In this document: one piece after another, positions 9,882 through 19,664 of the stretch
Layout: each line of letters starts with the position of its first letter
Position numbering within the stretch: the first letter of the stretch is position 1
Assembly (NCBI GenBank): GCA_965195345.1
Contig: OZ239628.1
Span: forward strand, 1,664,001 to 1,728,000
DNA length: 64,000 bases
Direction of reading: 5' to 3'
DNA from: an uncultured Thiomicrospira sp.
GTDB lineage: Bacteria; Pseudomonadota; Gammaproteobacteria; CAKMZV01
Program-made: the position numbers and the translations under genes
The notes under the pieces: model-generated
The model's input: the letters and a program-made list of their open reading frames with translations, nothing else
The model's database searches: none
What the model was told of the DNA's origin: nothing

Positions 9882-10946
9882 ATGAATAAATATCAAACCG
9901 ATGATGTGAGAATCTCGAACCAGATAGAAGTGGTCGCTCCTAAAGAGTTGATAAACGAGTATCCGATAACAGAAGGGGCAGCAAAAACAACAGGAGAAGC
10001 GCGCGACGCTATCCGAAACATTTTATTGGGTAATGATGATCGGCTACTAGTCGTAGTTGGACCATGCTCAGTGCACGATGTTGATGCAACGTTTGAATAC
10101 GCAAAGCGTTTGAAGACTCTGCATGAGGAATTAATTGATGATTTATTTATTGTCATGCGTATCTATTTTGAAAAACCACGCACGACTGTAGGCTGGAAAG
10201 GTTTGATTAATGACCCTGATTTAGACGAGTCATTCAATATAAATAAAGGATTGCGCCTTGCTCGCTCATTGTTACTCAACATTGCAGAATCTGGATTGCC
10301 TACAGCTACTGAGTATCTTGATTTAATTTCTCCACAGTATATCGCAGATTTGGTCGGTTGGGGCGCTATTGGTGCACGTACGACAGAGAGCCAAGGGCAT
10401 AGAGAGCTCTCATCAGGACTATCCTGCCCTGTTGGTTTTAAAAACGGGACTTCAGGAGAATTAAAAATTGCTATTGACGCACTTGAGTCTGCTTCGAGAC
10501 CGCATTGTTTCTTATCCATTTCCAAACAAGGGCATACCGCCATATTTCAAACAAAAGGTAATAAAGATTGTCACATTATTCTTCGTGGGGGGGATGATGG
10601 ACCCAACTATTCACCCGAGCACATTCACGAAAGCTGTGAAATGCTTGCAAAAAGAGGATTGTCAAAAAAACTAATGGTTGATTGTTCTCATGCGAACAGT
10701 TACAAAGATTACAATCGCCAAATAGAAGTAGCTGATAGTATTGCCCAGCAAATAGCAAACGGTGAGCACGCCATTATGGGCACAATGATTGAAAGCAATC
10801 TTGAAGAAGGTAATCAAAAAGTAATCGCAGGAACTCCTCTGAAATATGGAGTAAGCATTACAGATTCATGCATTGATTGGGATTCGACTAGAAAAATACT
10901 AAAAGACACCCTTGCGCCCGCTGTCAGAAAACGCAGACAACTTTAA
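9882..10946 (+). CDS. aroG: DAHP synthase class I (AroG/AroF type)
   Basis: GPCSVHD, YFEKPRTTVGWKGLINDP, IGARTTESQ and VDCSHANS motifs. Start placed at MNKYQTDD. Confidence 0.93.
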   Translation: MNKYQTDDVRISNQIEVVAPKELINEYPITEGAAKTTGEARDAIRNILLGNDDRLLVVVGPCSVHDVDATFEYAKRLKTLHEELIDDLFIVMRIYFEKPRTTVGWKGLINDPDLDESFNINKGLRLARSLLLNIAESGLPTATEYLDLISPQYIADLVGWGAIGARTTESQGHRELSSGLSCPVGFKNGTSGELKIAIDALESASRPHCFLSISKQGHTAIFQTKGNKDCHIILRGGDDGPNYSPEHIHESCEMLAKRGLSKKLMVDCSHANSYKDYNRQIEVADSIAQQIANGEHAIMGTMIESNLEEGNQKVIAGTPLKYGVSITDSCIDWDSTRKILKDTLAPAVRKRRQL

Positions 10947-10961
10947 TCACTACACAGCGCC

Positions 10962-12791
10962 ATGCTTAAAATAGCAGAAATAGCAGCAGAAAGGCATCCT
11001 CGCTTAGCGCGAATTCCTTTTATTGGCAAATGGCTATTCAATTTTCTTAGAAGGGTATTTCACGAAGAAACCATCAACGAATTTATTCGCATGAACCGCC
11101 AATGGCGTGGCATGGAATTTAATAATAAAGTACTCGAACAATTTAATTATTCATATTATGTCAATAATAATGAACGTCAAAACATCCCAGAAACTGGCCG
11201 CGTTTTAATTGTTGCCAATCATCCAATAGGTACGCTGGATGGTTTATCCTTGCTAAAATTGGTTAGCGAAGTGCGCCCTGATGTTAAAGTAGTCGTCAAT
11301 CAATTTTTGTACGACTTCTTTGAACCGTTGCACGAGTTGTTCATTCCTCTTGATAATATGAGTAGCAGTGCGAATCAACGAGCACCAATACGTACGATCA
11401 TTAAAGCACTCAACAATGAGGAAGCAATTATTATGTTTCCTGCCGGTGAAGTTTCTCGTATCAAACCTAATGGCATAAAAGACGGCATATGGAAAGCTGG
11501 ATTTTGGTTTTTCATCGAAAAAACAAAGTGTCCTGTACTGCCAATACACATTGCTGGGCGTAATTCTCCCATGTTCTACTCTTTATCGAGTATTTATAAG
11601 ACCCTTGGCACATATATGTTAATCAACGAAATGATGAAGCAAGACAATAAATCATTGCGTTTTCGAATTGGTCAGATTATTCCATACAACGCTTTTCAAG
11701 AGCACACTCAACTTGATCGGGTACAACTATCGGCACGCCTACGTCGCCATCTATACTTATTACCAAAGAAAAGAGAGCATACTCGTTCACTATTTAGAAC
11801 CGAAAGGACCATTTCACATTCCACGGACTTAGGTGCTATTATTTCCGAGTTACGCAGCCATCAATTACTAAGTAAAACAAAAGAAGGCAGTGAAATTTAT
11901 CTCATTGACTATTCCAGCAACTCATCCATAATTCATGAAATTGGCAGATTGCGCGAGTTGGCTTTTCGCCAAGTTGGAGAAGGGTCTGGTAAAGATTTAG
12001 ACCTTGATGAATACGACCACTATTACAAACACTTAATATTGTGGAATCCTCAAGACCTAGTAATTGCTGGTGCATATCGAATTGGTGATGGAGCAAGCAT
12101 CGTTAAAAAGTATGGCATGAAAGGGCTCTATTCCGCCTCTTTGCTTGATTATTCGGACGAGGCGATGGAAATGATCATGAACGGTGCGGAGTTGGGCCGT
12201 AGTTTTGTTCATCCACGCTACTGGCATAGCCGTAGCTTTGGTATGCTTTGGCAAGGGTTGGGGGCATATTTATATCATCATCAAAATATTCGTTATTACT
12301 TTGGTCCCGTTAGCATCTCAAATTCATATCCAGAAAAAGCACGAAGCCTAATCGTCGCCTATTACCAAAGGTACTACTCTTCTGAAAAGAATCTAGCCGT
12401 TTCAAAAAACCCTTATGTACTCATCCCTGAAGCACAAGAAATAATTAATGAATTTGATCCAGATCCACTAATCGCTTTTCGTATGCTTAAGTCTTATCTA
12501 AGAGATAAATTGAAAGTGAACATCCCAACCTTGTATAAGCAATATACCGATTTCACTGAAGGTGGGTCCAAGTTTTTTTCATTTGGCATCGACCAAAAAT
12601 TTGGTGATTGTATGGATGGTAATATTGTGGTTGATTTAGATAAAACCGGTGACCGCAACGTACAACGTATTATTACGTCTCATGGTGTCCCTGATAAGGA
12701 TGGTGCTATTCACTGGCGTGGTCGCACGTACTATGCCAATGACGAAGATTACAATGACTTGAGTAATGATGTAGAGAAAGACGATGACTGA
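10962..12791 (+). CDS. Bifunctional acyltransferase: N-terminal PlsC-like domain and C-terminal GNAT (OlsB-like) domain, OlsF-like amino-lipid synthase
   Basis: VANHPIGTLD (HX4D) and FPAGEVS, then EIGRLRELAFR..GEG..DLDEYD and ELGRSFV. Confidence 0.8.
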   Translation: MLKIAEIAAERHPRLARIPFIGKWLFNFLRRVFHEETINEFIRMNRQWRGMEFNNKVLEQFNYSYYVNNNERQNIPETGRVLIVANHPIGTLDGLSLLKLVSEVRPDVKVVVNQFLYDFFEPLHELFIPLDNMSSSANQRAPIRTIIKALNNEEAIIMFPAGEVSRIKPNGIKDGIWKAGFWFFIEKTKCPVLPIHIAGRNSPMFYSLSSIYKTLGTYMLINEMMKQDNKSLRFRIGQIIPYNAFQEHTQLDRVQLSARLRRHLYLLPKKREHTRSLFRTERTISHSTDLGAIISELRSHQLLSKTKEGSEIYLIDYSSNSSIIHEIGRLRELAFRQVGEGSGKDLDLDEYDHYYKHLILWNPQDLVIAGAYRIGDGASIVKKYGMKGLYSASLLDYSDEAMEMIMNGAELGRSFVHPRYWHSRSFGMLWQGLGAYLYHHQNIRYYFGPVSISNSYPEKARSLIVAYYQRYYSSEKNLAVSKNPYVLIPEAQEIINEFDPDPLIAFRMLKSYLRDKLKVNIPTLYKQYTDFTEGGSKFFSFGIDQKFGDCMDGNIVVDLDKTGDRNVQRIITSHGVPDKDGAIHWRGRTYYANDEDYNDLSNDVEKDDD

Positions 12792-13419
12792 AAATAGTTC
12801 ATCTTTGATAAATGACGCGCAAGTTTTAGAATATTTGAGTAGTCATTCAACATTCTTTATTGATCACGAGGAATTGCTCGATACACTCCATTTGCCACAC
12901 CTTCGCAATGCTGGACCAGCATCATTCATTCAGCATCAATTACAACGTGCTCGCAAAAAAAATAACACGTTATCTAAGCAGTTGCACAATTTCGATGAAT
13001 TGATAACAGCTAACGCACATCTACTGAATCAACTGCATCTTTTAACACTGAAACTATTACGTACGAGCAAAAGCGATATTGAAAGTTCGTTGCCACGTTT
13101 ATCGTGTGAATGTTTTTCCGTTGAAACCGCATTATTGTGGAAAAGAGGATCAAATTCATTGGATTGGCAGCAAGAACCGTTGAGTTTGTTTGACAAATCA
13201 TCACCAAGCGCTAATGAAATAGATGCTGAACAAAGTAAATTATTGCTTGGGGAAAGCTCGTATCTTTCTATATGTATCGTACCACTTGGCGAAGAAGGAA
13301 ATTGGGGAGGAATGTTTTTTGCCAGTTCTGAAAGCACTCGTTTTCCTGGTGATAAAGATACGATGTTATTGAAGCAATACGGTCAAATAGTTGAAGCCGC
13401 TTTAAAAATAGAAAACTAG
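12784..13419 (+). CDS. DUF484 (YigA-like) GAF-related protein
   Basis: VLEYL..H..FF..H.ELL..L.LPH N-terminus and ASSESTRF..DKDT.LL C-terminus. Confidence 0.8.
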   Translation: MTENSSSLINDAQVLEYLSSHSTFFIDHEELLDTLHLPHLRNAGPASFIQHQLQRARKKNNTLSKQLHNFDELITANAHLLNQLHLLTLKLLRTSKSDIESSLPRLSCECFSVETALLWKRGSNSLDWQQEPLSLFDKSSPSANEIDAEQSKLLLGESSYLSICIVPLGEEGNWGGMFFASSESTRFPGDKDTMLLKQYGQIVEAALKIEN

Positions 13420-13431
13420 AGGAATTCATCA

Positions 13432-13974
13432 ATGTCAATACAAATGCATGCAACAACTATTCTTGCGGTAAAAAAAGACAATCAAGTTGCTATTGGCGGT
13501 GATGGTCAAGTTACCCTAGGCAATATGGTTATCAAAGGCAGTGCCAATAAAATCCGTCGCCTCTATAAGGATAAAATCATTGCAGGGTTCGCAGGATCAA
13601 CAGCGGATGCCTTTACATTGGTGGAGAAATTTGAGTCAAAATTACAAGAGCACCACGGCAACTTAAAATTAGCTTCTGTCCGCCTTGCTACTGATTGGCG
13701 TAACGACAAAATTCTGCGCAAACTCGAGGCCATGCTTCTGGTCGCTGACAATACCCAAATATTCACTATTACTGGCAATGGCGACGTGCTAGAACCTGAA
13801 CATGATGTCATGGCGATTGGATCGGGTGGAGGATTCGCGACAGCATCAGCACGCGCGCTTATGGAAAATTCCAGTTTAACTGCTGAAGAAATAGTGCATA
13901 AATCACTCACAATAGCTGGTGATATCTGCATTTACACCAACGCTAATATAAATATTGAGACGCTCACAAGCTAA
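13432..13974 (+). CDS. hslV: ATP-dependent protease peptidase subunit HslV
   Basis: [31 protein letters not shown] and DICIYTN motifs. Confidence 0.97.
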   Translation: MSIQMHATTILAVKKDNQVAIGGDGQVTLGNMVIKGSANKIRRLYKDKIIAGFAGSTADAFTLVEKFESKLQEHHGNLKLASVRLATDWRNDKILRKLEAMLLVADNTQIFTITGNGDVLEPEHDVMAIGSGGGFATASARALMENSSLTAEEIVHKSLTIAGDICIYTNANINIETLTS

Positions 13975-14604
13975 ATGGACAGTCTACAAAAGAAATTTAT
14001 TGAGCTTTCTATTAAAAAAAATGCATTGAAATTCGGCGAATTCCAATTGAAATCTGGACGCATTAGCCCTTATTTTTTTAATGCAGGGGTTTTCGATGAT
14101 GGCGAATGCATGGATATAATCGGATCATGTTATATTCAGGCGATTGAAACCATCCATCAACCGATTGATTGCATTTTTGGACCTGCTTATAAAGGCATTC
14201 CTTTGGCAGCTGTTTGTGCAAGAGCTATGTACGCCCGCAAAAAAAACGTCACTTTTGCATACAACCGTAAAGAAGTTAAAGATCACGGCGAAGGCGGTAA
14301 TATCGTTGGTAATTTACACGGAAATGTCATCATTATCGACGATGTGATTACTGCAGGAACTGCTATTAAGGAAGCATTACAAATCATCGAAAAATTTAGG
14401 GCAAATACTGTCGGCATTATTACCGCTCTTGACCGAATGGAAAAGGGACAAGGTACGCTTTCTGCAGTTGAAGAATTAGAGCAGTCATGTGGTGTTAAGG
14501 TGAATAGCATTATTAACATGCAACACATCATAAAATATTTAGAAAGCGAAAATCACCCTTCTCTTCCCTCCATGCTTATGTACCGTGACCAATACGGTAT
14601 TTAA
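13975..14604 (+). CDS. pyrE: Orotate phosphoribosyltransferase
   Basis: LKSGRISPYFFN, FGPAYKGIPL, KDHGEGG and IIDDVITAGTA motifs. Confidence 0.97.
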   Translation: MDSLQKKFIELSIKKNALKFGEFQLKSGRISPYFFNAGVFDDGECMDIIGSCYIQAIETIHQPIDCIFGPAYKGIPLAAVCARAMYARKKNVTFAYNRKEVKDHGEGGNIVGNLHGNVIIIDDVITAGTAIKEALQIIEKFRANTVGIITALDRMEKGQGTLSAVEELEQSCGVKVNSIINMQHIIKYLESENHPSLPSMLMYRDQYGI

Positions 14605-14634
14605 TATCAGAGATAAAAACCACACAAACATTCA

Positions 14635-15636
14635 ATGGATTCGCTAACTCAACTTGCTCTCGGATCAGTAACGGCTCATGCTGTTGCTGGCAAAAGTGCT
14701 GGACGCAAAGCGCTATTATGGGGAGCAGTAATAGGCACTCTTCCTGATCTGGATGTATTGATGCGTTACTTTTATAATGATATAGATATGCTGATGATAC
14801 ATCGTGGTTATAGCCATGCTTGGTTTGTTCATTTATGTATTGCGCCTTTGATTGCTTTGTTGCCATGGAGTATTCATCGTTCAAAGGGAAAAAATAAGGA
14901 TTCCACCCCTTATTGGCGTTGGTTGCTATTGGCTTTAGTCGCACTAACCACCCATTCTTTGATTGATCTATTTACTGTTTATGGTACACAAGTCTTTTTG
15001 CCATTTAGCGACACGCCCTACTCTATGGACATTATGTTCATTGTTGACCCGCTGTTCACTCTCCCACTATTGATTGCATTAGTGCTAACATTGATTAAAC
15101 CAAAATGGGTTCATCTTTCACACAGCATGTTAGCGGTATGTGCCATTTATTCCATGTCGTCTTTCGTTGCTCATCAAACCATTCAAAAAATAACGTTAGA
15201 ATCATTAAATAATCAAAACTTACCTACTAAAAAACTATTGATTTCGCCTGCTCCTTTTACTACTTTTTTATGGCGTATCATTGTGCTTGATGGACCGTAC
15301 TGGTATGAAGGCGAATACTCTATTTTCAAAAATCCCAACCATATTCAATTTAAAAGGCATAATAGAAATCTCTTTTTAGTCAATCATTTGAAGGATAGAA
15401 ATACTATCTCTCGTCTAAGGTGGTTTAATCGAGGTTTTTTTGAGTTCTCAGAAAAAATGGATCAAATACTTCTTTCAGATCTTCGTTTTGGAGAAAGTAA
15501 TAATTTAGTCTTCAATTGGGCGCTGGCTGAACAAAATAATCAAGGCGTGTGGCAAGAACCTCAACCGATTAAACGCCAAAGAGAAGACGTCGATATGAGT
15601 GGCTACTTTAACACTTTAATGGAGCGTATATTTTAA
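14635..15636 (+). CDS. Membrane-bound metal-dependent hydrolase (YdjM family)
   Basis: MDSLTQ, LPDLD, HRGYSH and HSLID.FT.YGT motifs. Confidence 0.85.
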   Translation: MDSLTQLALGSVTAHAVAGKSAGRKALLWGAVIGTLPDLDVLMRYFYNDIDMLMIHRGYSHAWFVHLCIAPLIALLPWSIHRSKGKNKDSTPYWRWLLLALVALTTHSLIDLFTVYGTQVFLPFSDTPYSMDIMFIVDPLFTLPLLIALVLTLIKPKWVHLSHSMLAVCAIYSMSSFVAHQTIQKITLESLNNQNLPTKKLLISPAPFTTFLWRIIVLDGPYWYEGEYSIFKNPNHIQFKRHNRNLFLVNHLKDRNTISRLRWFNRGFFEFSEKMDQILLSDLRFGESNNLVFNWALAEQNNQGVWQEPQPIKRQREDVDMSGYFNTLMERIF

Positions 15637-16886
15637 TGCCTAAAGCATATATATTTCGTTTGGCTATGCGCTATTTAAGTGCCAAGCAAGATAATCGATT
15701 TATCAATTTCATCTCATTGACTTCGGTCATCGGGATATTCCTTGGCGCTACAGTGCTGATTACTGTGCTGTCAATCATGAACGGTTTTCAGACCGAACTG
15801 CGAACACGTATTCTCAATATGACCGCTCATATGGTAATCTTTCAGCAAGGACGCCAACTAAGTGACTGGGAAGAAGTTCGTCACGATCTATTAGAGCATC
15901 CTCAAGTTGTTGATGCCGCGCCCATCATTGAAAAACAAGCACTGCTTAGTGTCGGAAAAAACGTTAAAGGCGCTTTAATTAAGGGAGTATCCCCGGATCT
16001 TGAAAACAAAGTTTCTAATATAGAAGAACATTTATCGAAAGGGCAGTTGGAAAGCTTAGTTGCCAATCAGTTTAACATTATCTTAGGGCATGTATTAGCT
16101 TCAGAATTAGGGGTTGACATAGGCGATAAAATCACCGTTATTATTCCTCAACCAAGCTCAGGGTTTATAGGATCAATACCTCGCCTGAAACGATTTAGCG
16201 TTGTCGGCATTGTTAATGCAGGCATGTATGAGTATGATAGTGGTTACGCTTTTGTGCATCTTGAGGATGCTGCTACTTTGTACTCTTTAAGAGATCAAGT
16301 CACTGGCCTTCAAGTAAAAACTACGGACTTATTTGCAGTAAACGAAATCATATCTGGCTTGAGTGATTTTCTACCAGTACGCGGCTACTATGCACTTTCA
16401 TGGACACAAAAACATGCTAATTTCTTTCAAGCAATCCAATTAGAAAAACGCATGATGTTCATTGTTGTCGCATTGATTATTGCAGTAGCTGCTTTCAATA
16501 TTGTTTCAACTATGGTCATGATGATTAATGAAAAAAAACGAGCTATTGCTATACTTCGAACCCAAGGCGCTCGAATAAAAGATATCTCTGCATTGTTTAT
16601 CATTCAAGGAACAACTCTCGGCTTGATTGGCACTATACTCGGTTGTTTAGGAGGGATACTTTTATCAAGCAACATTGATGTTATTGTCCCTTTTATTGAA
16701 AACTTATTTAATCTGCGTTTCTTCCCTCCCGATGTATACTACATATCCGAAGTACCATCTGAAATTCAGCTTTCAGATTTATTAGAAGTCGGTTTCTTTT
16801 CATTCATCATGACGGTATTAGCCACAATTTACCCTGCCTTACGTGCTTCTAAAATCAAACCCGCACAGGTGTTACGCCATGAATGA
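15636..16886 (+). CDS. lolE: Lipoprotein-releasing ABC transporter permease (LolC/E, single LolF-type subunit)
   Basis: LITVLSIMNGF, AIQLEK.MM, IAILRT.GA and TIYPALRASKIKPA.VLR motifs, adjacent to lolD. Confidence 0.9.
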   Translation: MPKAYIFRLAMRYLSAKQDNRFINFISLTSVIGIFLGATVLITVLSIMNGFQTELRTRILNMTAHMVIFQQGRQLSDWEEVRHDLLEHPQVVDAAPIIEKQALLSVGKNVKGALIKGVSPDLENKVSNIEEHLSKGQLESLVANQFNIILGHVLASELGVDIGDKITVIIPQPSSGFIGSIPRLKRFSVVGIVNAGMYEYDSGYAFVHLEDAATLYSLRDQVTGLQVKTTDLFAVNEIISGLSDFLPVRGYYALSWTQKHANFFQAIQLEKRMMFIVVALIIAVAAFNIVSTMVMMINEKKRAIAILRTQGARIKDISALFIIQGTTLGLIGTILGCLGGILLSSNIDVIVPFIENLFNLRFFPPDVYYISEVPSEIQLSDLLEVGFFSFIMTVLATIYPALRASKIKPAQVLRHE

Positions 16887-17562
16887 TCTCGTTTTACGTT
16901 GTGAGAATATTCAGAAAATATTTCCTCAATCTACCGATGATTTACATGTGCTTAATGACATTTCTTTGCAACTGTACTCAGGAGAAAAAGTTGCCATTGT
17001 TGGCACGTCAGGAAGTGGAAAAACTACTTTACTTCAAATTCTTGGAGGACTGGATCATCCAACATCGGGCACTATATCTTTATGCAACGTAGACATAGGG
17101 AGCATTGACGATGAAAAAGCAAGTTTTCTACGTAATAAGCACTTGGGGTTTGTCTATCAACTACACCATCTATTACCCGAATTGACGGCAGTTGATAATG
17201 TTGCAATGCCGCTACTCATAGCAGGTAAAAGCTATATGCAAGCCAAACTTGAAGCACACAAAACACTTGAATTAGTTGCGCTTGGAGATCGAGCAAATCA
17301 CTATCCTTCTCAACTTTCAGGGGGAGAACGGCAACGTACCGCCATTGCAAGAGCTATTGTAAATAAACCAACTTGCGTTTTAGCCGATGAACCAACCGGC
17401 AATTTAGACGAAAACAATGCGCTTCGTGTTATAGAATTGCTTGAAAAAATTTGTGCAGATCGAAAAATGGCTTTGATCCTTATAACACACGATGCAAATA
17501 TCGCTAACCGTATGGATAAAATCTACCAAATATCCTCAGGTAAACTAACATTAAAGTCATGA
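16879..17562 (+). CDS. lolD: Lipoprotein-releasing ABC transporter ATPase
   Basis: GTSGSGKTT, GFVYQLHHLL, LSGGERQR and LADEPTGNLD motifs. Start at MNDL overlaps the lolE end. Confidence 0.93.
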   Translation: MNDLVLRCENIQKIFPQSTDDLHVLNDISLQLYSGEKVAIVGTSGSGKTTLLQILGGLDHPTSGTISLCNVDIGSIDDEKASFLRNKHLGFVYQLHHLLPELTAVDNVAMPLLIAGKSYMQAKLEAHKTLELVALGDRANHYPSQLSGGERQRTAIARAIVNKPTCVLADEPTGNLDENNALRVIELLEKICADRKMALILITHDANIANRMDKIYQISSGKLTLKS

Positions 17563-18596
17563 GTGATGACCATTCCGTTTTTGATGAAGATATAGATATT
17601 ATTGACGGCGAACTGTTGGATCCTAACTTTGAAGAAGAGGAAGAAGATGCATTCAGCCCTTCTGACGATAAACCCACCTTTACTAAGCTCAACAACCTAG
17701 ACACTAATGATTCAGAATCAAAAGAATTAGAGGAGGAGTACCCTCTCGCCTCAAGCACCGACCTTGTCCCAAGCGGGCAATCTTTTTCTCACTACATCAA
17801 TAACGTTAACAATGCACCTATTCTTACCTCCGAGCAAGAATGGGAATTAGCAAAAAAACTGCGTGAAGAAAATGATTTGGATGCTGCACAAAAACTTATT
17901 TTTTCTAACCTACGTCATGTGATTAGTATTGCTCGAAGTTATTCTGGTTACGGTTTATCATTACCTGACCTTGTGCAAGAAGGCAATGTTGGATTAATGA
18001 AGGCTGTTAAACGATATGACCCTGAAAAAAAAGTAAAACTGATGACTTTTGCTACACATTGGGTGCGTGCCGAGATCAATGAGTATGTGATCAAAAACTG
18101 GCAAATCGTTAAAATGGCAACGACTAAAGCGCAACGTAAATTATTTTTCAAACTGCGATCGAGTCATTCCCGCATTGGTTGGATACAAACACATGAGGCA
18201 AAAAAAATCGCATCTGATTTGAACGTCCAATCTGCTGATGTTTATCAAATGGAAGAGCGCTTCACAAATTTGGACACTCCTTTTGACCTGCCAGTTGGAG
18301 AGAGTTCTGAATCCGACTTTTCGCCTGCTCAGTATTTACCAGACTATCGTTTTTCCCCCGAACAGATTGTTACAAATGAAGATATATCTTCATTCCAAAA
18401 TATGCATTTGGCTCAAGGCTTAGAAGAACTGGATGAGAGAAGTCGCAACATAATTGAAGATCGATGGTTCACTGATGAAAAAATGACGTTACGCGAATTG
18501 TCCAAAAAGTATAATGTCTCTATTGAACGTATACGTCAATTAGAAACAAAAGCAATGGAAACATTGAGAAAGCATCTGGAGAAAGAAAGAAAATGA
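17559..18596 (+). CDS. rpoH: Heat-shock sigma factor RpoH (sigma32) with acidic N-terminal extension
   Basis: RpoH box KMATTKAQRKLFFKLR, plus YSGYGL, DLVQEGNVGLMKAV and VSIERIRQLE. Confidence 0.93.
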   Translation: MSDDHSVFDEDIDIIDGELLDPNFEEEEEDAFSPSDDKPTFTKLNNLDTNDSESKELEEEYPLASSTDLVPSGQSFSHYINNVNNAPILTSEQEWELAKKLREENDLDAAQKLIFSNLRHVISIARSYSGYGLSLPDLVQEGNVGLMKAVKRYDPEKKVKLMTFATHWVRAEINEYVIKNWQIVKMATTKAQRKLFFKLRSSHSRIGWIQTHEAKKIASDLNVQSADVYQMEERFTNLDTPFDLPVGESSESDFSPAQYLPDYRFSPEQIVTNEDISSFQNMHLAQGLEELDERSRNIIEDRWFTDEKMTLRELSKKYNVSIERIRQLETKAMETLRKHLEKERK

Positions 18597-19624
18597 TCAA
18601 CGTCGCTGTAGTTGGAGGAACTGGCTATACTGGTATTGAGCTATTGAGAATCCTTCTCCAACATCCGCAAGTAAATATTCGCCACATCACTTCGCGTGCT
18701 GAAAATGGCAAAAAAGTTACCCAAACATTTCCTTCTTTAAACGGATTAACCGATTTGGCGTTTAGCTTACCCGATATTGAAAAATTGAGTACGTGTGATG
18801 TTGTGTTTTTTGCCACTCCGCATGGCGTAGCAATGGAACAGACGCCTGAAATAATCAAAAAAGGATGTAAGGTGATTGACCTATCGGCTGACTTTAGGTT
18901 GAAAGACACGGATACTTTTCAAAATTGGTACAACATGGCGCATACGTGTCCTGATGTTCTTGCCAACAGCGTCTATGGTCTTCCCGAATTCAATCGTGAA
19001 GAAATCAAATCAGCTTCTGTTGTCGCTAATCCTGGATGCTACCCAACCGCTTCACAGTTAGCAGTCAAGCCATTGCTTGAAGCAGGACTTATCGACCATT
19101 CATCAATAATAATTGATGCCAAATCAGGGATCAGTGGTGCAGGAAGAGAAGCGAAAGTGAGCTCTTTATATGCAGAAGTTTCTGAAAGCTTTACAGCTTA
19201 TGGAATGGATGGACACCGCCATTGGCCAGAGATTACTCAGACTTTGAGTGACATATCATCATCGCCAGTCAGTATTGTATTCATACCCCATCTTGTGCCG
19301 ATGAACCGTGGAATTGAAGCCACTATTTATGCCAAACTCATTGATGATGTTTCTGAAAGTACACTGATGGGTATATTGCATAGTGCTTATAAAGATGAGC
19401 CTTTCGTGGATGTCGTTAATACTATCCCAAATACGCGCAGTGTGCGTGGATCAAATTTATGCCGTATCAGCTTAAGACGACCAAGAAAAATCAGCACAGT
19501 CGTTATTACCGCAGTCATTGACAATTTAGTCAAAGGTGCCTCTGGTCAAGCCGTTCAAAACATGAACATCATGTTTGGACTGGAAGAGACTTGTGGACTC
19601 CAGCACATTCCCTTGTCACCATAG
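18593..19624 (+). CDS. argC: N-acetyl-gamma-glutamyl-phosphate reductase
   Basis: GGTGYTG, IDLSADFR, ANPGCYPT and IDNLVKGASGQAVQNMN motifs. Confidence 0.97.
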   Translation: MINVAVVGGTGYTGIELLRILLQHPQVNIRHITSRAENGKKVTQTFPSLNGLTDLAFSLPDIEKLSTCDVVFFATPHGVAMEQTPEIIKKGCKVIDLSADFRLKDTDTFQNWYNMAHTCPDVLANSVYGLPEFNREEIKSASVVANPGCYPTASQLAVKPLLEAGLIDHSSIIIDAKSGISGAGREAKVSSLYAEVSESFTAYGMDGHRHWPEITQTLSDISSSPVSIVFIPHLVPMNRGIEATIYAKLIDDVSESTLMGILHSAYKDEPFVDVVNTIPNTRSVRGSNLCRISLRRPRKISTVVITAVIDNLVKGASGQAVQNMNIMFGLEETCGLQHIPLSP

Positions 19625-19664
19625 CACTTGATGGCTAAGGCATATTTTCGAAAACTTTTTAGAT

